From positions 4,584-68,583 of the forward strand of contig LBSX01000005.1 in the NCBI GenBank assembly GCA_000990355.1: a stretch of 64,000 bases of DNA, given 5' to 3'. Made by a program: the position numbers and the translations under genes. The notes beneath the pieces were generated by a model. That model was not told the origin of the DNA. It made no database searches and saw only the letters and a program-made list of their open reading frames with translations. The stretch is from Candidatus Magasanikbacteria bacterium GW2011_GWC2_37_14 (lineage in GTDB: Bacteria > Patescibacteriota > Patescibacteriia > Magasanikbacterales > UBA922). Positions 57,526 through 64,000 of the stretch are shown one piece after another. The first letter of the stretch is position 1. Every line of letters begins with the position of its first letter.

Positions 57526-57592
57526 GTCTGAGCCTTTCTGGTTGTTGTTCACCACTCCCAAAAATATTTTGTAAATAACTAAACTATTGGTT

Positions 57593-57621
57593 AGCTTAGC
57601 GCTAAATATGGGAATTGTCAA
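57593..57621 (-). promoter_or_regulatory. sigma70 promoter TTGACA-N17-TAAGCT
   Basis: Upstream of the PurN-like gene. Confidence 0.55.
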
Positions 57622-57625
57622 TGGT

Positions 57626-57790
57626 ATTCCCCCTTAGAAAAGGGGGAATAAGGGGGTTGTTGGTAAACCCTCCCCTTGTAGGGGAGGTACCCCGAGTATA
57701 CGGGGTGGTGGGGTTCGTAGTTCTAACATGAACCCCCACCCTCCGACTGCGACGTCGGAGGACTCCCCCTACGAGGGGGAGGATTACGAA
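57626..57790. repeat. intergenic cluster of C-run/G-run palindromic elements
   Basis: attcccccttagaaaagggggaat, cctccccttgtaggggagg, accccgagtatacggggt, cctccgactgcgacgtcggagg and ctccccctacgagggggagg. Confidence 0.9.
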
Positions 57791-57796
57791 CTTTTT

Positions 57797-58255
57797 TTAA
57801 ATAATAAACCTATATCGACATTTTTTTCTGTCGCCATTTAAGTACTGGTCATTGTGTTTTGGTAGATCAACAATTTCTATTAGTTTACCACCGGCCAATT
57901 CGCAAGTTTTTCTGGAAGCAAGATTGTTTGTATCGCAGGTTATATAAATTTCGTTTAAATTGTGTTTTTTGGCAAAAGGTAATAATAATTTAATACTTCT
58001 GGCTGCATAATGATGACCTCTAAATTTTTCTTTTACCCCATAACCAATATGTCCACCATAAAAAATATTTTCATTATTGCCAATTCTTAAGTGTATAAGA
58101 CCCATGCATTCACTGGTACTGGAGTTTTTCATTTCAAAATTATAGGCTGGAACATATTTTTTTTCTTCGTTTGCAGGAATTTTTTTTACCAATATTAACT
58201 CCAACTCATTATCAATTAGTTTACCAGGACTTAGGAATTTAAAAATATTTTTCAT
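57797..58255 (-). CDS. GNAT family N-acetyltransferase (RimJ-like)
   Basis: GHIGYGV...FRGHHYA and ITCD..NLASRKTCE..GG. Confidence 0.85.
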   Translation of the reverse strand: MKNIFKFLSPGKLIDNELELILVKKIPANEEKKYVPAYNFEMKNSSTSECMGLIHLRIGNNENIFYGGHIGYGVKEKFRGHHYAARSIKLLLPFAKKHNLNEIYITCDTNNLASRKTCELAGGKLIEIVDLPKHNDQYLNGDRKKCRYRFII

Positions 58256-58357
58256 ATTTTTACTTTATCATTTTTAGTTTTTCCTGGCAAGCCATAAGCC
58301 TTGATTTATATCTTTAAATAGCCTAAAATACTCATATAATTACTAAGTACAATTTTT

Positions 58358-59089
58358 ATGTCCGGACATTCCAAATGGCACAATATTCAAGGTAAAAAGG
58401 GTAAAGCCGACAAGGCTCGAAGCAATGTTTTTACCAAATTAGCCCGTATGATCACGATTACTGCCCGTGAAGGCGGTGGCGACCCAGTAATGAATTTTTC
58501 ATTGCGTTTATCAATCGACAAAGCCAAGGCCGCCAACATGCCCAAAGAAAATATTGAACGCGCCATCAAAAAAGGCATTGGTGAAGATGACGGAGCCAAA
58601 CTTGAAGAAGTAATGTACGAAGGTTATGGACCAAGCGGGGTGGCTTTTCTCGTAGAAACTTTAACCGATAATATTAATCGCACAGTTTCGGAAGTAAAAA
58701 ATGTTATTTCCAAAAGAGGCGGATCACTCGGAGCAGCTGGTAGTGTAAAATGGATGTTTAATCGTCTCGGCGTGGTGCGCCTCGACGAAAGTCAAAAGTC
58801 AAAAGTCCAAAGTCAAAAGTCCGAATTTGAACTTGAATTAATGGACGCGGGAATTAATGAAATGAATGATTCTGAATTTGGTTTGGAAATCACTTGCCCA
58901 GTTGAAAGTTTTCAAAAGGTTTTGGAAGTGGTAAAAAAATATGAGTTAGAACCAGAAAGTTCGGGGTTGGAATGGGTGGCCAAAGAATTAGTTACTCTAG
59001 ACGAAGAAACTTCTAACAAAGTAAGCGAACTTTATGATGAACTTGATGATTTGGATGATGTGCGTGAAGTGTATACGAATGAAGCATAG
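58358..59089 (+). CDS. yebC: YebC/PmpR family protein
   Basis: MSGHSKW, YEGYGP.GVA, TDN.NRT and DDV.EVY.N; heptamer-repeat insert SQKSKVQSQKS. Confidence 0.96.
   Translation: MSGHSKWHNIQGKKGKADKARSNVFTKLARMITITAREGGGDPVMNFSLRLSIDKAKAANMPKENIERAIKKGIGEDDGAKLEEVMYEGYGPSGVAFLVETLTDNINRTVSEVKNVISKRGGSLGAAGSVKWMFNRLGVVRLDESQKSKVQSQKSEFELELMDAGINEMNDSEFGLEITCPVESFQKVLEVVKKYELEPESSGLEWVAKELVTLDEETSNKVSELYDELDDLDDVREVYTNEA
58788..58822 (+). repeat. 5x heptamer AAAGTC(A/C) inside yebC
   Basis: aaagtca aaagtca aaagtcc aaagtca aaagtcc. Confidence 0.85.
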
Positions 59090-59093
59090 CTTA

Positions 59094-59207
59094 TTTGTAA
59101 TTTTCAATTTACAATAATCAATTTACAATAAATTTTCAATGAGATAATTTTCATTGATAATTTGTAAATTGAAAATTTGTTGAAAATTGTAAATTGATAA
59201 TTGATTA
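59094..59207. repeat. intergenic degenerate heptamer array with inverted arms
   Basis: (tttacaa/ttttcaa/taatcaa)n followed by (ttgtaaa/ttgaaaa/ttgataa)n. Confidence 0.8.
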
Positions 59208-59209
59208 TT

Positions 59210-59707
59210 ATGTCAAACAACAAAGGTAAAGAGCGTGTTTTAGGAATTGATCCAGGGTTCGGTAGAACTGGTTTTGGGGTAATTGAAAAAATAAATGGCG
59301 TTTGGAAAGTTTTGGGTTATGGTTGTATCGAAACTCCCAAGACTGATGATTATTCTTTAAGATTATTAGAACTTAGTAAATGTTTAAAACAAATTATAAA
59401 AAAGTATCAGCCGGCAAAAGCGGGGGTAGAGGATTTGTTTTTTTATAACAATGCCAAAACCGCAATAAAAGTCGGTCAGGCTAGGGGTGTAGTCCTCTTA
59501 ACTTTGGCCGAAGCAAATATTCCGGTTTGGGAATTTACCCCGCTACAAGTAAAACAAACTATTACGGGTTATGGTAAAGCCGAAAAATCAGCCATGCAAA
59601 AAATGGTGCAAAAATTGTTTGGTTTAACCAAGAAAATTACCCCCGATGATGCGGCCGATGCCTTGGCAGTTGCCCTAACAACTGCAGGGTGCTTAAAACT
59701 TAAATAA
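59210..59707 (+). CDS. ruvC: Holliday junction resolvase
   Basis: LGIDPG, VEDLFF, QARGV, TP.QVK..ITGYGKA.K and DDAADALA. Confidence 0.96.
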   Translation: MSNNKGKERVLGIDPGFGRTGFGVIEKINGVWKVLGYGCIETPKTDDYSLRLLELSKCLKQIIKKYQPAKAGVEDLFFYNNAKTAIKVGQARGVVLLTLAEANIPVWEFTPLQVKQTITGYGKAEKSAMQKMVQKLFGLTKKITPDDAADALAVALTTAGCLKLK

Positions 59708-59745
59708 CTGGATTGCTAAAATCCAGTTTTTTTTGTATAATAACC

Positions 59746-59828
59746 AAAGTTCATAAAGTCAGAAAGTTCGTAAAGTTCATCAAGAATTGGACTTTATAAA
59801 CTTTATAACTTTATAAACTTTTAAAACT
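59746..59828. repeat. intergenic 8-9-mer array with inverted arms
   Basis: about 4x aaagttcat, spacer, about 4x actttataa; related 3x taaagttta at 48277-48303. Confidence 0.8.
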
Positions 59829-59834
59829 AACAAT

Positions 59835-60833
59835 ATGATTAACATCGCAATCAACGGGTTTGGCAGAATTGGCCGTCAGGCTTTTAAAGCTGCTTTTAAA
59901 AATAAGAATATCAAAATTGTTGCCATCAATGATTTAACCGACACCAAAACTTTGGCTCATCTTTTGCAATACGACACTGCCTATGGCAAATATGAATTGG
60001 CTGTTTCACATGATGAAAAAAATATCATTGTTAAGGGCAAGAAAACTCCGGTCTTTGCCGAAAAAGATCCTTCGCTTTTGCCTTGGAAAAAATTAAAAGT
60101 GGATGTGGTATTAGAGTGTACTGGTCGTTTTACCGACAAAGCTGGTGCTGAATTGCATGTTAAAGCTGGTGCCAAAAAAGTTATTATCTCTGCCCCGGCC
60201 AAGGGTGGTGATGTACCCACTTATGTGCGGGCAGTTAATTGTGGCAAAGTAGGTAAAGAAAAATCAAAAGTAATAAACAATGCTTCTTGTACCACCAATT
60301 GTATTGCTCCAGTAATGGCAATTTTGGATGAAAAATTTGGTATAGAAAAAGCTATGATGAGTACAGTGCATGGTTATACAGCTGATCAAAATTTACAAGA
60401 TAGTCCACACAAAGATTTGCGTCGCGCTCGGGCAGCTGCCGAAAATATTGTGCCAACTACTACTGGCGCGGCCAAAGCAGTTGGTGAAGTAAAAACTAAT
60501 TTACAAGGAATTTTTGATGGTGTGGCTTTTCGGGTGCCAGTGCCAACTTGTTCGCTATCCGACATTACTGCAGTCTTAAAAAAGAATGTTACCAAAGAAG
60601 AAATTAATAAAGTCTTGATTGAAGCTTCCAAAACTGCTCGTTTTGCTGGAGTTTTGGCAGTAACAACTGAACCTTTGGTTTCTTCCGACTATGTTGGCAA
60701 TGCTTATTCTTCCATAGTAGATTTACCTTTAACCAATGTGGTGGGTGGGAATTTAGTAAAAGTAGTAGCTTGGTATGATAATGAATATGGCTATGCTCAT
60801 CGTTTAATAGAAATGGCATTGTTGTTTGCCTAG
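59835..60833 (+). CDS. gap: type I glyceraldehyde-3-phosphate dehydrogenase
   Basis: INGFGRIGR, NASCTTNC and WYDNEYGY. Confidence 0.98.
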   Translation: MINIAINGFGRIGRQAFKAAFKNKNIKIVAINDLTDTKTLAHLLQYDTAYGKYELAVSHDEKNIIVKGKKTPVFAEKDPSLLPWKKLKVDVVLECTGRFTDKAGAELHVKAGAKKVIISAPAKGGDVPTYVRAVNCGKVGKEKSKVINNASCTTNCIAPVMAILDEKFGIEKAMMSTVHGYTADQNLQDSPHKDLRRARAAAENIVPTTTGAAKAVGEVKTNLQGIFDGVAFRVPVPTCSLSDITAVLKKNVTKEEINKVLIEASKTARFAGVLAVTTEPLVSSDYVGNAYSSIVDLPLTNVVGGNLVKVVAWYDNEYGYAHRLIEMALLFA

Positions 60834-60882
60834 TGTCATTGCGAGGAAGTGCCGATGAGGCACTGACGAAGCAATCCCAAGG
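60834..60882. repeat. TGTCATTGCGAG...GAAGCAATCCC REP-like element, copy 2
   Basis: tgtcattgcgag-gaagtgccgatgaggcactgac-gaagcaatcccaagg directly after the gap stop. Confidence 0.85.
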
Positions 60883-60897
60883 CTTTAGAAATAAATT

Positions 60898-62130
60898 ATG
60901 AAATTGAGAACGCTTAAACAAATCAAGAACTTAAAAAACAAGCGCGTGTTGGTACGAGTGGATTTTAATGTGCCGGTAAATAATGGAAAAATTCTTGATG
61001 ATGAACGGATTAAACTTTCTGTTCCGACAATTGAATATTTATTAAAGAAAAAAGCCAAAGTAATTTTATTGACTCATTTAGGTCGTCCGGCTGGTTACAA
61101 TGGTAAAGGCAAAAGTGGTTATGACAAGAAGTTTGCTTTAACCTCAGTTGTAAAAAAGGCTAGTGAATTATTAAATAAAGAAATAAAATTTGTTGAGGAT
61201 ATTAAAATTGGGCGAGCAAAAGATCAAGAACTATATTTTGCTAATGCGGAAAAAGAAATAGCCAAAATGAAAGATGGAGAAATTGTAATGTTGGAAAATA
61301 TGCGATTTTTCCCTGAAGAAGCTAAAGAAATAACAAAACTAAGCAAAAAAATTGCTAAGTTAGGTGATATTTTTGTTTTAGATGGATTTGCGGTTGCTCA
61401 TCGTGAGGCCGCTTCGGTTTCGGGAGTGGCAAAATATTTACCTTCTTTTGCAGGGTTCTTGTTAGAAAAAGAAATTATTAATTTAAATAAAGTTACGGAA
61501 AAACCAAAAAGTCCTTTTGTAGTGGTGTTGGGTGGTGCCAAAGTAGAAACCAAAGCACCGGTTTTAAAAAATTTATTACCCAAAGCTGATTATGTTTTAA
61601 TTGGTGGGGGAGTATTTAATACTTATTTAAAAGCTGTAGGGTATAAACTCGGTGGATCTTTGGTAGATAATGATTATTTAAAAGATTCATTAAAATATTG
61701 CAAGACAATGAAAGTAATTAAACCAATTGATGTAGTAGTGGGAACTGAGGACGGTAAACATTATGAGGTATTAAAAGTTAATTCAAAATTAGAAATTAAA
61801 AATTCAAAATTAGCCATTCTGGATATTGGGCCAGCTACAATTCGCCTTTATGCCGAGTATATCAAGAAGGCTAAAACCTTGGTGTGGAATGGAGCTATGG
61901 GGTATTTTGAAAAAAGGGTGTACAGCACTGGAACATTGTCTGTCGCGCGTTTAGTGGCTTCTAGAGCGCGTGGACGTGCGTTTGGGGTAATTGGTGGGGG
62001 TGAGACATTAGAAGCTATGGAGAGGGTAAAAATGACCGAATTTGTGGATTTAGTTTCTACTGGTGGAGGAGCAATGTTGGAATATTTAGCAGGCAAGAAA
62101 TTGCCAGGAATTAGAGCGTTGATTTCATGA
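60898..62130 (+). CDS. pgk: phosphoglycerate kinase
   Basis: RVDFNVP, THLGRP, LENMRF, GGAKV, DIGP and STGGGA. Confidence 0.97.
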   Translation: MKLRTLKQIKNLKNKRVLVRVDFNVPVNNGKILDDERIKLSVPTIEYLLKKKAKVILLTHLGRPAGYNGKGKSGYDKKFALTSVVKKASELLNKEIKFVEDIKIGRAKDQELYFANAEKEIAKMKDGEIVMLENMRFFPEEAKEITKLSKKIAKLGDIFVLDGFAVAHREAASVSGVAKYLPSFAGFLLEKEIINLNKVTEKPKSPFVVVLGGAKVETKAPVLKNLLPKADYVLIGGGVFNTYLKAVGYKLGGSLVDNDYLKDSLKYCKTMKVIKPIDVVVGTEDGKHYEVLKVNSKLEIKNSKLAILDIGPATIRLYAEYIKKAKTLVWNGAMGYFEKRVYSTGTLSVARLVASRARGRAFGVIGGGETLEAMERVKMTEFVDLVSTGGGAMLEYLAGKKLPGIRALIS

Positions 62131-62198
62131 ACACATGGACTCAAATAGCATGAACTCACTAATTGTTGAGTAAATGTTATTTGTGTCCATGAGTTAAT
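62127..62198. repeat. 72-bp imperfect inverted repeat after pgk
   Basis: atgaacacatggactcaaatagcatgaactca / tgagtaaatgttatttgtgtccatgagttaat (26 of 32 Watson-Crick matches). Confidence 0.75.
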
Positions 62199-62274
62199 GT
62201 TTTGTTGTTGGTTGAATTTTGTGATATAATATAAATATCAAATTATAAATTTTATTAATAATTAATACAATTGT

Positions 62275-63126
62275 ATGCCTGTCAAAAAAATCGACGAGAC
62301 TCTCGTCAAAGGCTCCTGTTGTGGAGAAGGTAAGAGCTGTTGCTCATTACCAATGGGTAAATGTTGCCGTGGCAATTTTGCTCATAAAATTATGCTTACC
62401 CTCGCGGGTATTTTGTTGGTTTACGGAATTGTCTTGGTTGGCACCATGATCCGCAACAACATGCAACAATATTATTTTATTGGCAAAGCGCCAAAATCAG
62501 AAAGATTAATTACTGTAGAAGCTAGTGGTAAAGTTACAGTAAAACCAGATCTAGCAGTTACTACCATGGGTATGATGGCCGAAGCCAAAACTGTGGCCGA
62601 AGCCCAAAAGAAAAATACCGAAGTGATGAATAATTTATTGGCCAAATTAAAAGCTGTGGGCGTGGATGAAAAAGATATTCAAACTGCTAATTACAATGTA
62701 TATCCACAATACGATTATACAGATGGTACTAGTGTGCTAAAAGGCTATCAAGTAAGCCAAAACTTAACAGTTAAAATTCGTGACTTAAATAAAGCTGATC
62801 AAATTTTGGGCTTGGCCGGAGAAGTTGGCGCCAATAGTGTAAGTGGCATTGAATTTACATTCGATGATACTGATGTTTATGTAGCAGAAGCTAGAGACTT
62901 GGCAATGAAAAAAATAGAAGATAAAGTAAAAATGTTGTCGCAACAGTTGGGTGTGCGTTTTATGAATGTCACTTCTTATTATGAATATAATGATCAAGGT
63001 ACAGCCTATCCAAAGATGTATGCCGAATCGGCTATGGGTATGGGTAATGCAGTTTCTGTACCAGATATTCAGCCAGGTACCAATGATATTTCTTTGAAAG
63101 TTAATGTGACGTTTGAAATAAGATAA
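62275..63126 (+). CDS. SIMPL (DUF541/YggE-like) domain protein
   Basis: ITV.A.GKV.VKPDLA, DIQTANYNVYPQY, GYQVSQ.LTVKIRD and IQPG; Cys-rich N-terminus and TM. Confidence 0.9.
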   Translation: MPVKKIDETLVKGSCCGEGKSCCSLPMGKCCRGNFAHKIMLTLAGILLVYGIVLVGTMIRNNMQQYYFIGKAPKSERLITVEASGKVTVKPDLAVTTMGMMAEAKTVAEAQKKNTEVMNNLLAKLKAVGVDEKDIQTANYNVYPQYDYTDGTSVLKGYQVSQNLTVKIRDLNKADQILGLAGEVGANSVSGIEFTFDDTDVYVAEARDLAMKKIEDKVKMLSQQLGVRFMNVTSYYEYNDQGTAYPKMYAESAMGMGNAVSVPDIQPGTNDISLKVNVTFEIR

Positions 63127-63136
63127 ATTGAATAAT

Positions 63137-63168
63137 AAAAATTCCTCGACTAAATGTCGGGGTTTTTT
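63137..63168 (+). terminator. intrinsic terminator
   Basis: aaaattcctcgac-taaat-gtcggggttttttt. Confidence 0.65.
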
Positions 63169-63405
63169 ATTTTAGGTTTATTGATTTAATCCAATGAGGA
63201 AATATGGAATTGGGGCTGGAAGCGGGAAAATATTTTCCCGCATCTTAACCTAATTCCTTATTCCTTTTCTTTTTAAAATATATAATAACATCTCCCGACG
63301 TTAAGTCATGGGATGTTTTAGTTTATCCCTACTCCCCCCGTATAGTTTTTTAAAAAGCAGATTTTATGATATAATAGTTTTGTTAAAATTTAATCAAACA
63401 AATTT

Positions 63406-64000
63406 ATATCCTTCACTATCAAAGGCAAAATTTATAGTATTGTCAAAGAATATTTATTCATTAGTATTATTGTGTTGTTTTTGGGTGTGGCAGGGGTGCT
63501 TTTGCCATATTTGTATGGAGGTATTGATAATGTCAAGGCTGTTAGTTTTAGTAGTGTAGCAACGATAGCAGAGAATACTTATGGTTATGAAAATACATTA
63601 AAGTTACAAAAAATTAATGGAATATACTATTCATCACATTTGGCCAACGACGGTGATGGGGATGGTGCTCTTACAATAGCGACATCTTCAGATGGGTCTA
63701 CTTGGGGTTCGCCATACACAGCTATGACGGATATTTCTCCAAAAGATTGTGAATTTGGCTATTATGAAAACGGGGGCTACTTCTATGCTATTTTTTCAAA
63801 TTATAATAATAATGATCACACACCAACAGAAATAGTTATTACCACTTCTTCAGATACTATTACTTGGTCAGCGACGTCAACAGTAGTAAATAATATTGAT
63901 CCAGTAGTTGATAATGATATAAAAGTTTTTTCTTCAGTCGTGTCTTCCAGTAATTATTTGTCTTTTGCATATTTTAATGTAGATTCTGGGGTTGTAATAT
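63406..64000 (+). CDS. secreted Asp-box (BNR) repeat protein, partial, apparent ATA start
   Basis: Frame open to the window end; (I)SFTIKGKIYSIVKEYLFISIIVLFLGVAGVLL...VKA signal peptide; TSSDGSTW and TSSDTITW; not in the ORF track. Confidence 0.7.
   Translation, partial: MSFTIKGKIYSIVKEYLFISIIVLFLGVAGVLLPYLYGGIDNVKAVSFSSVATIAENTYGYENTLKLQKINGIYYSSHLANDGDGDGALTIATSSDGSTWGSPYTAMTDISPKDCEFGYYENGGYFYAIFSNYNNNDHTPTEIVITTSSDTITWSATSTVVNNIDPVVDNDIKVFSSVVSSSNYLSFAYFNVDSGVVI

Noticed and set aside
56812-57531. 239-aa + strand ORF and the other overlapping ORFs in the GC islets (42631, 42672, 48669, 48685, 48782)
   Set aside because: High GC suppresses stop codons; recognisable motifs and GC3 bias support only one frame per islet.
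63308-63559. 83-aa Cys-containing ORF from the ORF track
   Set aside because: It starts in a palindromic repeat upstream of the likely promoter; a different frame (from 63406) gives a signal peptide and Asp-box motifs.
1-64000. Alternative genetic code (UGA=Gly, as in Gracilibacteria and Absconditabacteria)
   Set aside because: Long conserved genes are intact under code 11, and TGA ends genes at the expected C-termini (for example pgk and OFOR beta).

Overview
AT-rich bacterial chromosome segment using genetic code 11 (TGA is a stop). The gene content and style (short RpoB, type IV pilus operon, Cys-rich pilin-like protein, DUF5667-type anti-sigma, mostly SD-less starts, tRNA-Ile(UAU)) point to a Patescibacteria/CPR (Parcubacteria-like) genome; this taxonomy is inference. 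Housekeeping genes: 2-oxoacid:ferredoxin oxidoreductase, glmS, gmk, rplS, ahcY, uvrA, pilBCMNO, arfB, rpsF-ssb-rpsR, rpoBC, yebC-ruvC, gap-pgk, several RNA-modification enzymes and three tRNAs. Main observations: (1) several families of small GC-rich palindromic elements and 7-9 bp tandem repeats occur between genes and also in frame inside at least 9 protein genes, notably RNA-modification enzymes; some are nested, and a REP-associated tyrosine transposase carries its own GTAG-REP inside its ORF. (2) A two-gene accessory unit encodes a class Ic aminoacyl-tRNA-synthetase-like protein lacking HIGH and KMSKS plus a DnaJ-type Zn finger, behind a leader-peptide attenuator-like region. (3) An ECF-sigma promoter motif is repeated inside the downstream anti-sigma-like gene. 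(4) A GIY-YIG nuclease sits between a disrupted tRNA-Ser 5' fragment and the intact tRNA-Ser. (5) Three single-gene high-GC islets are present. (6) A secreted Asp-box protein appears to start at ATA. All calls are from reading the sequence; no searches were run.
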